Counted from the first letter of the stretch, positions 1 through 13,433 are shown. The stretch: DNA of 64,000 nt from Eledone cirrhosa (GCA_964016885.1 CAXHJY010001315.1:25251-89250); one strand, 5' to 3'. Notes: generated by a model from the sequence alone, not told the origin. Program-made: numbers and translations.

Positions 1-436
1 TATGTGTGTGCGTGTATATATGTGTGTGTATGTGTGTGTGTGTGTGTGTTTATAAACAGAACGAGAGAGTGAGCTAGTATAAGAAAGAGGATGTAGAAAG
101 AATAAGAAGTGGATGTAGGTTTACTTAAGCAGTGATTTAACTCATTAATCGGGAGATCAAGTTTCTAGAAAAAAAAATTGAAGTTTCAGTGTTTCTTGCA
201 ATTGCAGCATGTTTTAAAAACATAATCAATATATTGATATTGATACATATATGGGTGTGTGGTTCAGGGAGTCGTTTATCAAACATGTGTTTCTAGATGA
301 AGTCCCTCAGTCCAGCTTCTTTTGACAGGTGACGTCTACTATAGTCACGGGTTAATCATGGATATCTTACATTAGCTCACTTCTGCCACGGATTAACCAG
401 TCTTCGAATTGCTGGACCTTTGAACTGCTCGTATAT

Positions 437-471
<35 letters not shown>

Positions 472-559
472 ATATATACACACACACACATATATATATA
501 TATATATGTGTGTGTGTATATATACACACACACACATATATATATACACACACACATAT

Positions 560-611
<52 letters not shown>

Positions 612-726
612 AGATAAGCAGAACAAGTAAAATTCAACCAATTTTTCAAAATAAATCAAAATTAATATACAATTAAAATTAATCAAAATTAAAAAATATA
701 ATATAAATATTTACCTATTCAAATGG

Positions 727-804
727 CCCTAACTGTACAGTTTCACGTTGCAAAACATTAGATATCACGTGGATATTAATGGAAAAGCAAATATCATCAG
801 AGAA
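727..804 (-). ncRNA. Hammerhead ribozyme with long stem II, in a decayed PLE-like 3' end (~609-1000)
   Basis: Minus strand UUCU-CUGAUGA-...-GAAA-CUGUACAG-UU-AGGG, with palindromic stem III. Confidence 0.65.
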
Positions 805-1430
805 GCATTTTCCTATCCTAGGGTTAAAAACCCCAGGAACGATAAAATATATGACCTCACTCCAACTAATACAGGTCTGAAAGGTCGTGAAAGTGACCCA
901 TAAATACGTTGGTGTATAGTGAAGGCGGGAAATCATAGACTGGTCGTCTATGATCGCTACCAAAAAAGATTTTTAGCAACTAAATAGAACGACAGGATTT
1001 TTCTCTACATACTTGGAGAATATTGAATAAGGTTAATATATATCTGAGGGAAGCCTCGTTCCAATCTGGAGAAACATGGCTTCCAGTAGGTTTTAAGTGC
1101 CATGCTTCACGAGGGCACCTCTACGACTCCATCAGAAGTTAAGGGCCGATTTCCCATTTAGCTATTAGTTAGCAGTAAATATCTGTATTTTTTTATCAGC
1201 TGTTAGTAGTAAGTAGGTTAGTAGTTAGCTTTACACAAGTTTATATTGATTGTACAAGCGGTGAATCGAGAGAGTGGTTAGAATGTTGGATATAGTAATT
1301 CAGTGTATTTGTTCAAGTTCTCTACGTCCCCGAGTTATAATCAAACCGAGGTCAACTCCGCCTTTCTTGCTTTTGTGGTCGGTAAGAAATCTCCACCCAG
1401 TATTTTCTTTTAAAATGTTTAGTAAAATAT

Positions 1431-1516
<86 letters not shown>

Positions 1517-1546
1517 TGGCCGATAGTGCTTCTTGTGGTTTTGATT

Positions 1547-1584
1547 GCCCTGATGAGTCCTTAATAGGACGAAACATTGTTGGC
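1547..1584 (+). ncRNA. Minimal hammerhead ribozyme in a ~120-bp insert between (TA)n tracts (1512-1632)
   Basis: GCC-CUGAUGA-GUCCU uaau AGGAC-GAAA-C auu GUU-GGC, followed by AATAAA. Confidence 0.8.
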
Positions 1585-1629
1585 TAATAAAGATTTTTGA
1601 TGTATTGAAGGCTTCTTTGTTTTATTTTC

Positions 1630-2293
<664 letters not shown>

Positions 2294-2326
2294 TATATAT
2301 ATGTTTATATATATATATATATTTAT

Positions 2327-2801
2327 ATGGAAAGTTATATTTAAAATTGTTGGGTTACAACTAGTAAATATTTATAACTGATATAAAAGCACTCGACAAA
2401 TATTTGGAGTATATTTACAATATTAAATAAATGGAAACTATATTTATAAAACCATATTTATTTCATTATATATATTTCGGGGATATCATATTAACAATAT
2501 GCTATGCCTTCCTCAGACAAAATACAATATAAACAGTTTTATAGATAAATAGATTCGACATACCGTTATAACACCGACTTCCATTTGAAGAGGTTTAAGC
2601 TGGCAGTTTTAACTGCCAGCTTAAACCTCTTCAAATGGAAGTCGGTGTTATAACGGTATGTCGAATCTATTTATCTATAAAACTGTTTATATTGTATTTT
2701 GTCTGAGGAAGGCATAGCATATTGTTAATATGATATCCCCGAAATATATATAATGAAATAAATATGGTTTTATAAATATAGTTTCCATTTATTTAATATT
2801 G

Positions 2802-2803
<2 letters not shown>
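2327..2803. mobile_element. Family B HHR element, head-to-head palindrome
   Basis: Arms 2416-2608 and 2611-2803. HHR at 2695-2760 (+) UAUUUUGU-CUGAGGA...GAAA-UAUAUA-UA-AUGAAAUA and its mirror. (TA)n flanks. Confidence 0.88.
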
Positions 2804-2851
<48 letters not shown>

Positions 2852-2884
2852 CATGTGTGTGTGTGTGTATGTGTGAGTGTCCTT

Positions 2885-3037
2885 ATTCTTCCTCTTACTA
2901 AGTCTTTCTGATGATTTCTCCCGAATGAAATAGTTCTAGTCCTGTAGAAGACATTTCTGTATTAAATATTTATACTCTGCTATGTATTGAGTACCTTACT
3001 TACTGTGGTTACCTCCAATTGAACCCGGGATAAACTT
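2885..3037 (+). mobile_element. Family C HHR element
   Basis: CUGAUGA-stem II-GAAA-UAG...CUG-UA-GAAG at ~2903-2952. Homologous to 25380-25566 and 55094-55279. Ends in (TA)n. Confidence 0.75.
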
Positions 3038-3049
3038 ATATATATATAT

Positions 3050-3146
3050 AGGAACATACGTTCCTATTACCCACTCTACTACCCTAAGTATTGAGTACTT
3101 TGGTGCATTAATGTCCATCTGGTTCCTTACCACATTTCTTTCGTTA
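3050..3146 (+). mobile_element. Family D 3' tail
   Basis: Homologous to 19351-19470, 28495-28575, 47498-47691 and 62165-62293. Ends TTCGTTA(TA)n. Confidence 0.7.
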
Positions 3147-3162
3147 TATATAAATATATATA

Positions 3163-3225
<63 letters not shown>

Positions 3226-3416
3226 GTATATATATATATATATAGATATAGATAGGTAAATATACACGGGTGTGTATGATTGTGTATAGAAGATTATATT
3301 AATAAGAGGAATTCCAACTTTGTCTGATTTACTCGTTTTATTTACAATCCTTTAAAATATATATAATGGTATTATAATGAAATAGTATGATAGAATATTA
3401 AATTCTAAGTGTTAAT

Positions 3417-3455
3417 TGAACAAGTACTTTCATGCTTTCGCAATCTTCAGGTTCA
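3417..3455 (-). ncRNA. Hammerhead ribozyme, family A (inverted PLE arm)
   Basis: Reverse complement of 8879-8917. Confidence 0.85.
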
Positions 3456-3830
3456 TGATATGTGGTGACAGTCGAGTTTGCAATTTTCAACTGTAATGAG
3501 ATGGGTAAATTTCCTACCTTTTATACATTTTATACAGAGAAAAGTGGCTCCAGAATGCAAAGCCCTGTAAACTGTATTTCGACCAATCAGTGTGTAGTTT
3601 CACTGAATTACTACAGCTGATTGGTTTAAGCGTCACGGCTGGTTGAGCATGCTAACGACCAATAGTCATATCCAACGTATCAATTGTTTTGCTTTTTTGA
3701 AATGATGAAAATAGCATTTTCTATTAATCATCACCATCAACATCACTTTTATTATTATTATTATTGTTGTTGTTGTTGTTGTTAGTGGTCGTGGTCATAG
3801 TGGTAGTAGAAGTAATACCCCTAGGCGTTA

Positions 3831-4853
3831 TTATTGTTCATTTAGCTTGGGTTTGAATTTATCAATAAAATTCTTTTCTTTGATTTTTCTCTTGATTTCA
3901 TTTGGGCTGTGTAATTTGTAGAATGGGAATATTATAAATATTCCCTGACCACATGTTGCCAGGTGGCCGCTTAGGGGTATCTGACGGACATTTGGGTCTC
4001 TGATTTGTTGACGGTGTACCCGTGCACGTTCCGATAGTGCATTTCCAGTTTGACCGACATATAGTTCTTCACAATTCGGGCATTTAATGCAGTAAATTAG
4101 ATTTCTGCTTTTGCAGTTCATATTTGCATTTGTGAATATTTTTCCAGTTTTTGTTTTCATATATTGACCGGCGTGTATGGATTGACATGTGCCGCATCGA
4201 TTATCATTGCATTTAGATACAGTGAATGATTGGTCTTTGTTGTTAAGGTCAAACTTTGCTTTTGTTAGCAATTGCTTCAAATTTTTTGGCTGTCTTTTAC
4301 TAAGAGTCAAAGATCGATCTGTGATTAAGCCTTTTAATTCATTACTTTGAGCAATGATCGGTAGGTTTGCTTTGGCAGTGTTGAAGATATTCTGGTGACA
4401 TGGGTTGTGTGTCATTATAAATGGTATGACCAGTTCTTGGTTTCTTCTTCTTTGGGTTGTTCTAAGTTGTTGTATAGGTATTTTTATAGCCCGCTGTATG
4501 CCATTTTCTATAAGTAGAGATGGGTATTTTTGTTTGAGCAAAAATTCTCTTAGTTCTGTTAGGCGTTTGTACCTGGTATTCGTATCTTCTACAATGGTAC
4601 AAATTCTTCTGGCTAGGCAGTATGGGATGTTGCGTTTTGTATGAGGTGGATGGCACGACTTAAAATTCAGATATTGATGGGTGTCTGTGTGTTTATAATA
4701 TATATCCGTGGTAATGGTGGTGTCGTTTTTGATTATCATTATATCTAGGAATGGTAATTTGGTCCTACTCATCTCTTTTGTGAATTGGAGAGATGGGTGT
4801 AGGTTATTCAGGAGGATATTGAACTCATCCAGAGTATCTAGAGATTCTGTCCA
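3831..4853 (-). pseudogene. 5'-truncated inverted duplicate of ORF2 (RT thumb + GIY-YIG)
   Basis: Translation from WTESLD to KLNEQ is identical to the ORF2 C-terminus. It is truncated just after the YLDD motif. Confidence 0.93.
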
Positions 4854-4919
4854 CATACACACCCGTGTATATTTACCTATCTATATCTATATATATATTC
4901 CTATTGTGTATATGCCAAC

Positions 4920-6269
4920 ATGTCTGGAAAGCAACAAATGAAACCAACAGAATCAGAAAGAATTCTAAAGGAGATATCATCGAAATTATCAACACTTATC
5001 ACGATGATGGACACACAATCCTCTATTTTAAAGGAAATAGAAAAACAATCTACAGACGGAAAACTTATAACTGAACATATAAACTCTGAAATTAAGAATT
5101 TAGCTGAAATTATACCAACAGTTATCAAAGATACAAGAGAAAGCCTACCACAACCCCCTTGGATGTCAGAAATAAACGAAAGAAATTTGGAAAACAAAAC
5201 ACATCGAATAAGAAAAGAAATGTGGAAGACATGGAAAAAATTCCTTAACATAAGAAAACAAAATTTCTGGAAAGCATACAGATGCGAAAAATATGTCGAA
5301 ACACATTCGAAATGGCTCTCTCTAACGGCACCCATACTCCCTCGTAAATACCTAATTACAGAAATTGCAGGAGAACCAGAAGAAGAAACAAAACTCCGAT
5401 GGGAACTTACATTGACAAAATTCAGGACCGACATCTCCATTTCTGAATGTAAACAATCCCGCTACAAAGCCAAATATGAAGCTATTGATGACCAAATTGA
5501 AGTTGAAATTTCAAAGCTAACGACTGGTATTATAGCTGAAAAACTACGAGAACTATGGATCGGAGATATCTCAAAAGAAGAAAACAAATCAAGAAAGGTA
5601 TGGCAGCAGAAACAATTATTTCTCGATGAATATGCTGCAAATTACGGTAAAGACTCTGGAACCCTGAGAAAAAGCATTAAAAGTGGACAATCTCATCAAC
5701 ACAACATACGCCAGAACACGTGCCAACACAAACACTCACCTTACCTTGAATCAAAGAAGAACTACGGTAATAACTCTTCGCTTTTTCTACAAAAACACCC
5801 TATCGCACACAACATGAACAAAAAGCACAAACACGATAGGTATTCCTTTGACCAGACCATGAGAAGTAGTAAAACCAGGAGATCATTCTCAAGATCTCAA
5901 CAGAGACTACCAACAAGGAATGTGGAAACAAAACGTAGAATAACCAGATCACTCTCAAGATCTCAACAGAGATTGCCCACAAGAAACTGGACGAAAAAAC
6001 GATCTAAACCTGAAAGCAAACCTAGGTCATTTTCCCAGATTGTTAAAAATAATGCTAACAGGAAGAAAAATAATATACAGAATACCAAAAATAGGACAAA
6101 ATACATAACGAAACCAAATATAATATCACGACCAAAAGTTCATCAAGCGAACACCAACAGGAATATAAATCCTGAACAGAGAAAAATTCATTTTTTAACG
6201 TCAGGACAACAAAAACCGGAAAAAGAAAAACTCCAGGAGGAAACATACCCAAAACAGCTGTACACGTAG
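4920..6269 (+). CDS. PLE ORF1: 449 aa, helical/coiled-coil N-half and K/R/S-rich basic C-half (putative RNA-binding protein)
   Basis: Uninterrupted non-repetitive ORF directly upstream of RT. Heptad-like N-terminus (ILKEISSKLSTLITMMDTQSSILKEIEKQ) and duplicated RS[F/L]SRSQQRLPTRN. Confidence 0.85.
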   Translation: MSGKQQMKPTESERILKEISSKLSTLITMMDTQSSILKEIEKQSTDGKLITEHINSEIKNLAEIIPTVIKDTRESLPQPPWMSEINERNLENKTHRIRKEMWKTWKKFLNIRKQNFWKAYRCEKYVETHSKWLSLTAPILPRKYLITEIAGEPEEETKLRWELTLTKFRTDISISECKQSRYKAKYEAIDDQIEVEISKLTTGIIAEKLRELWIGDISKEENKSRKVWQQKQLFLDEYAANYGKDSGTLRKSIKSGQSHQHNIRQNTCQHKHSPYLESKKNYGNNSSLFLQKHPIAHNMNKKHKHDRYSFDQTMRSSKTRRSFSRSQQRLPTRNVETKRRITRSLSRSQQRLPTRNWTKKRSKPESKPRSFSQIVKNNANRKKNNIQNTKNRTKYITKPNIISRPKVHQANTNRNINPEQRKIHFLTSGQQKPEKEKLQEETYPKQLYT

Positions 6270-8503
6270 ATCCTAAAATAATTAATTTATCTAAAAGAGA
6301 TCTTGACAATGATGAAATGCAAATTCTGTCAAAAGGACTGAAATTCACACCGACTCCAACAGTCAACCACCAAGAACTGAAGGAGGATACCCAAGAATTC
6401 TGTCGAAAATTACGTCTTGTAGAATTCTTCGCTGATAAAAATAATGAGAGTGATGAATCACTAGTAAAGAATAAATCAAATTTCACTCCGCCAAAAGGAA
6501 GAAATATCTATCTCGACCAATACATTGACATCCTGTCTAAATTTCCTCTTAGACATAATACTAATGTTAGGCCAAACATTAACAAATCAGAAATGTCTGC
6601 ACTTAAACGTATACAAAATGATAAAACAATAATAATTAAACAAGCAGATAAAGGGGGTGCAGTTGTTATAATGGATACTGAATACTACAAGGATTTGGTT
6701 GAGGAACAACTGAAAGACACAACATTCTATCATGAAATACCGTCAAATATAGACCACAACATCATGAAGAAGATCAACAACCTGGCTTCAAAATACCACA
6801 ACTCATTTACTGATAAGGAAAGAGACTACATCACCAATTTTGAGCCGAAACCCAGCAACCTGTATGGCCTACCGAAAGTTCACAAGTCAAAAGAAATACA
6901 ACTGGCAGTAAGAGAACAAAACAGTGAGTACATTAAATTATTACACCCAAAAGACTTAAAACTTAGACCTATTATAGCTGGTCCAACATGCCCCACTCAC
7001 CGTCTAAGCAATTTTGTTGACATTATTTTGAAACCACTATGTATTCACATACCCAGTTTCATCCGGGATGATATCGACTTCCTGTCCCATCTTCCCAAAA
7101 CCACGGAAACGAATTCACTTCTACTCAGTTTTGATGTGGTAAGCCTTTACACCAACATTACACATGATTTAGGAATAAAGGCGGTTAAATACTGGGTGGA
7201 AAAACATAGAGAAGTGATTCCCATTAGATTCACAGCGCCATTTATATTAGACGCAGTTAAACTTATTCTGGAAAACAACACTTTCTTCTTCAATGGAAAG
7301 AATTACATCCAAATTAGAGGCACAGCGATGGGAACGAAGTTTGCTCCCGTTTACGCGAACTCTGTAATGGGATACTTAGAACAACAACTCTACCAAGAAA
7401 TAGAGGAAAAATATAGTACTGACTTTAGAAAGTACATTGAAAAATCTTGGAAGAGATACCTTGACGACTGTTTCATCATCTGGACAGAATCTCTAGATAC
7501 TCTGGATGAGTTCAATATCCTCCTGAATAACCTACACCCATCTCTCCAATTCACAAAAGAGATGAGTAGGACCAAATTACCATTCCTAGATATAATGATA
7601 ATCAAAAACGACACCACCATTACCACGGATATATATTATAAACACACAGACACCCATCAATATCTGAATTTTAAGTCGTGCCATCCACCTCATACAAAAC
7701 GCAACATCCCATACTGCCTAGCCAGAAGAATTTGTACCATTGTAGAAGATACGAATACCAGGTACAAACGCCTAACAGAACTAAGAGAATTTTTGCTCAA
7801 ACAAAAATACCCATCTCTACTTATAGAAAATGGCATACAGCGGGCTATAAAAATACCTATACAACAACTTAGAACAACCCAAAGAAGAAGAAACCAAGAA
7901 CTGGTCATACCATTTATAATGACACACAACCCATGTCACCAGAATATCTTCAACACTGCCAAAGCAAACCTACCGATCATTGCTCAAAGTAATGAATTAA
8001 AAGGCTTAATCACAGATCGATCTTTGACTCTTAGTAAAAGACAGCCAAAAAATTTGAAGCAATTGCTAACAAAAGCAAAGTTTGACCTTAACAACAAAGA
8101 CCAATCATTCACTGTATCTAAATGCAATGATAATCGATGCGGCACATGTCAATCCATACACGCCGGTCAATATATGAAAACAAAAACTGGAAAAATATTC
8201 ACAAATGCAAATATGAACTGCAAAAGCAGAAATCTAATTTACTGCATTAAATGCCCGAATTGTGAAGAACTATATGTCGGTCAAACTGGAAATGCACTAT
8301 CGGAACGTGCACGGGTACACCGTCAACAAATCAGAGACCCAAATGTCCGTCAGATACCCCTAAGCGGCCACCTGGCAACATGTGGTCAGGGAATATTTAT
8401 AATATTCCCATTCTACAAATTACACAGCCCAAATGAAATCAAGAGAAAAATCAAAGAAAAGAATTTTATTGATAAATTCAAACCCAAGCTAAATGAACAA
8501 TAA
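6176..8503 (+). CDS. PLE ORF2: reverse transcriptase + GIY-YIG endonuclease (frame open from 6176, first ATG 6317)
   Basis: PLE motifs IINLS...LSKGLKFTPTP, ADKG, YGLPKVHK, LRPII, FDVVSLYTNI, GTAMG, RYLDD, FLD; linker CNDNRCGTC; endonuclease NLIYCIKC...LYVGQT. Confidence 0.97.
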   Translation, partial: TEKNSFFNVRTTKTGKRKTPGGNIPKTAVHVDPKIINLSKRDLDNDEMQILSKGLKFTPTPTVNHQELKEDTQEFCRKLRLVEFFADKNNESDESLVKNKSNFTPPKGRNIYLDQYIDILSKFPLRHNTNVRPNINKSEMSALKRIQNDKTIIIKQADKGGAVVIMDTEYYKDLVEEQLKDTTFYHEIPSNIDHNIMKKINNLASKYHNSFTDKERDYITNFEPKPSNLYGLPKVHKSKEIQLAVREQNSEYIKLLHPKDLKLRPIIAGPTCPTHRLSNFVDIILKPLCIHIPSFIRDDIDFLSHLPKTTETNSLLLSFDVVSLYTNITHDLGIKAVKYWVEKHREVIPIRFTAPFILDAVKLILENNTFFFNGKNYIQIRGTAMGTKFAPVYANSVMGYLEQQLYQEIEEKYSTDFRKYIEKSWKRYLDDCFIIWTESLDTLDEFNILLNNLHPSLQFTKEMSRTKLPFLDIMIIKNDTTITTDIYYKHTDTHQYLNFKSCHPPHTKRNIPYCLARRICTIVEDTNTRYKRLTELREFLLKQKYPSLLIENGIQRAIKIPIQQLRTTQRRRNQELVIPFIMTHNPCHQNIFNTAKANLPIIAQSNELKGLITDRSLTLSKRQPKNLKQLLTKAKFDLNNKDQSFTVSKCNDNRCGTCQSIHAGQYMKTKTGKIFTNANMNCKSRNLIYCIKCPNCEELYVGQTGNALSERARVHRQQIRDPNVRQIPLSGHLATCGQGIFIIFPFYKLHSPNEIKRKIKEKNFIDKFKPKLNEQ
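6191..6197 (+). promoter_or_regulatory. Putative -1 ribosomal frameshift heptamer T TTT TTA
   Basis: ORF1 reads CAT TTT TTA (H-F-L). A -1 slip enters the ORF2 frame, which is open from 6176. Confidence 0.7.
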
Positions 8504-8664
8504 TAACGCCTAGGGGTATTACTTCTACTACCACTATGACCACGACCACTAACAACAACAACAACAACAATAATAATAATAATAAAAGTGATGTTGATGG
8601 TGATGATTAATAGAAAATGCTATTTTCATCATTTCAAAAAAGCAAAACAATTGATACGTTGGAT

Positions 8665-8845
8665 ATGACTATTGGTCGTTAGCATGCTCAACCAGCCGTG
8701 ACGCTTAAACCAATCAGCTGTAGTAATTCAGTGAAACTACACACTGATTGGTCGAAATACAGTTTACAGGGCTTTGCATTCTGGAGCCACTTTTCTCTGT
8801 ATAAAATGTATAAAAGGTAGGAAATTTACCCATCTCATTACAGTT
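8665..8845 (+). promoter_or_regulatory. Putative Pol II promoter in the PLE pLTR
   Basis: ATTGG 8671, CCAAT ~8711, ATTGG 8747, TATAAAA at 8800 and 8809, Inr-like TCATTA/ACAGTT at 8835-8845. Confidence 0.55.
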
Positions 8846-8878
8846 GAAAATTGCAAACTCGACTGTCACCACATATCA

Positions 8879-8917
8879 TGAACCTGAAGATTGCGAAAGC
8901 ATGAAAGTACTTGTTCA
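8879..8917 (+). ncRNA. Minimal type I hammerhead ribozyme, family A (PLE pLTR)
   Basis: UGAAC-CUGAAGA-uUGCgaaaGCAu-GAAA-GUAC-UU-GUUCA, with palindromic stem III AAGUACUU. Confidence 0.85.
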
Positions 8918-9132
8918 ATTAACACTTAGAATTTAATATTCTATCATACTATTTCATTATAATACCATTATATATATTTTAAAGGATTGTAAATAAAACG
9001 AGTAAATCAGACAAAGTTGGAATTCCTCTTATTAATATATATATATATATATATATATTTTTATACATATATACATATATACATATATATATATATGTAT
9101 CTTTATATATGCCTCTGTCTCTCTCTCACTCG

Positions 9133-9219
<87 letters not shown>

Positions 9220-9579
9220 TCAGTCTATCAATCTCTCACCTTCTCTGGAAGAAATCATCTAAGTTCAGGCCTGGATAGGGATGGGTTCGCCAGATTTCAA
9301 ATACTCATGTCTACGGCAACCCAACAACCTCACCACGAGGTACAACACATTGCATACGTATTGATTTATTTTCGCTAACCTTTCACGTATGTCGTAGAAA
9401 CCAGCGTGTTGGGTGCAAGCTTGCGCAAACACACATAGCTTCTACACAAAGTAGACCGCCATTGTTAGAAAATATTCCATCATTTAACTGGGGGATGGTG
9501 GAGAACTTACGGGGATGGGGCGACTCACGTCTCCCTACACGTTTTATATACATACATAAATATAAAGAAAATACATATG

Positions 9580-10959
<1,380 letters not shown>

Positions 10960-11352
10960 CACACAGCCTCGTTTCTATATGAAGAACAAAAAAAGGAACG
11001 ATGGAAAATGCCCGAACCATCCAGAAAGTGTGTGATGGCGTTGGTGGCGGCAGAGAGGGGCGGGGATAATGTTTTATTTTATTTTTGCTTTTGTTTGTTT
11101 TGTGGGGGTTTCTTTTGATATTATTTTTTGTTTAACATTTCGTGCCTTTGTCTGTTTAAAGTAACCCACTTGAAGAACTCGATCGCCATTTGCAGGCAAT
11201 TTATTGCCATGCGCAAACGAACGACAACATGACAAGAAAATACACAAATGAATAAATAAATAAATTCCAATATTCTAGAGGAATTCAAGTAAACAAACAA
11301 CGAATGAATTTAAACAAAAATAAAATTCTCTTTTTAAAAAATGTAAAGCATT

Positions 11353-11387
<35 letters not shown>

Positions 11388-11403
11388 ATTTATACTCATG
11401 TAA

Positions 11404-11434
<31 letters not shown>

Positions 11435-12187
11435 TATAATATATATGCATATAAAGTAGAAATATATCTATATATATTTATATATTATATATTTTATATA
11501 TTTATATATTTATATGAACATCTATGTATATATGTATATATGTATATATGTATATATATATACATTTATATATATATAATATATGTATATATAGTACAAA
11601 TATATCTATATATATATATACTATATATTTATATGAATATATATATAAACATATATATATATATATATACATACATGTGTGTGTGTATGTATGTGTGTGT
11701 TAAGCTTCATGTTCTAAATTTTACATAATATTTTATGTTATATTTTTAATGATTTTTCTCCAACGTTTTCACTGCTTATCGTTTTCTTGTTTGTGTTTTT
11801 TTAATTTTATTTGTATTTTCTTTTAGTTTATTCCCAGTTTTTCTTAGAACTATTGCTACGCCATTGCCAGCAAAGTTTAAACCGATTATCTGTTGGTATT
11901 AATCTTCTGGAAATTTCTCTGGAGGAGATCATGAAAGATTGACACCTTCAGTGTTATGTTCTATGGCCTTCATGCTAAATAACTCAAGGCTAGGATTAAG
12001 CGACACTGTTACACCGTCCGGCATGTTGTGTTCTTATTTAAAACCTGTGTATAGACGATCCTTGAAATCAGGTTCCAGCTTTTTCCGAAACCAACAAACA
12101 GTGGAATTTATTGACACAGTATGCAGGAAAAACGATAGAATTTCCAGTTATTTGTAAAATATTAATTTTTGTCAATATGTATGCATC

Positions 12188-12254
<67 letters not shown>

Positions 12255-12257
<3 letters not shown>

Positions 12258-12304
12258 CATCCTTATTTTGGACCACGCTATGTTGTGGTACTATATATAA
12301 CATA

Positions 12305-12367
<63 letters not shown>

Positions 12368-12391
12368 TCATTTGTAAATAATTCATTTTCG

Positions 12392-12423
<32 letters not shown>

Positions 12424-12584
12424 TGTATATCTAAGGCGGGTAAAATTCCCGAGATCCATGGACGAGTTCTCTCCAGCGGTCTCTGTCCCTCATTATCGCT
12501 GCCATGTCCTGCGTCTCCAACAGACCAGTGTCTGTCCTTAGGGCATCAACATACGTTAACCTTGGTCTTCCTCTTCTAGTGTGT

Positions 12585-12620
<36 letters not shown>

Positions 12621-12661
12621 GAAAATGAATTATTTACAAATGATTGGAAATTATATATATA

Positions 12662-12758
<97 letters not shown>

Positions 12759-12812
12759 TATGCTATGTTATATATAGTACTACAACATAGCGTGGTCCAA
12801 AATAAGGATGAA
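12255..12812. repeat. Inverted pair of a TA-interrupted repeat flanking a ~160-bp insert
   Basis: 12255-12400 is approximately the reverse complement of 12618-12812. Confidence 0.7.
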
Positions 12813-13356
12813 CATAAAGGCACACACGATATTTTTATATTAAATGTAATAAACATACAAGTAACTCGTTGTGAATATTGTAAGGCACGATCATGTCACA
12901 GCTACCTCAGTAGCCGTGTGAGATTGTCAGACACGTTTATTAGGATTTTTATCTGTAACCGGTGACATTTCTTCACCTAATAACGAGTCAAGTATAATCA
13001 TGTAAAATATATGCTCTTTGTGTATGAAACATCGGCTGAAGATGCTCATTTGCATACAGTGTAAATTTTACTTTATACATATATTTATATACAGGGTGAC
13101 CTCAGAAACACTCCTTGATTTCAAATACTAATAATATCAAAACTTAAATGAATATTTTACAATATTGGTGGCTATAGTTGGATAAACAGAGTTTACCTTA
13201 ACCAAGCCAAATAGACTAATTCAAAGGATATATCGGTCGCATATGATTTTGACATGAGCTAAACTGTGTTTATATGCTTCTATGATCCCCATCACCAACA
13301 CCACCGCCAATACCACCTCCACTAGCTTCACATTCACCACCACACCGCCAACACCA

Positions 13357-13429
<73 letters not shown>

Positions 13430-13433
<4 letters not shown>

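Larger units (their letters stand above)
3240..9039 (+). mobile_element. Penelope-like retroelement (EN+; Neptune/Naiad-like Cys linker) with inverted 5'-truncated upstream copy, inserted in (TA)n
   Basis: Forward copy 4854-9039 has ORF1, RT-GIY-YIG ORF2 and a 3' pLTR. 3298-4853 is the reverse complement of 7481-9035. (TA)n lies on both flanks. An inverted partial copy is an established PLE architecture. Confidence 0.95.

Noticed and set aside
715-963. 82-aa ORF as a host exon
   Set aside because: It overlaps an HHR and looks like a decayed PLE 3' end.
4405-7929. Short antisense or alternate-frame ORFs overlapping the PLE
   Set aside because: Shadows of ORF1/ORF2 with no independent motifs.
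6317-8600. Selenoprotein-type (Naiad) recoding
   Set aside because: ORF2 has no in-frame TGA and ends TAATAA, so there is no basis for Sec insertion.
11846-11942. Possible terminal exon (ELLLRHCQQSLNRLSVGINLLEISLEEIMKD*) after a polypyrimidine-AG
   Set aside because: Short, no recognisable homology, and no partner exons. It needs RNA-seq.
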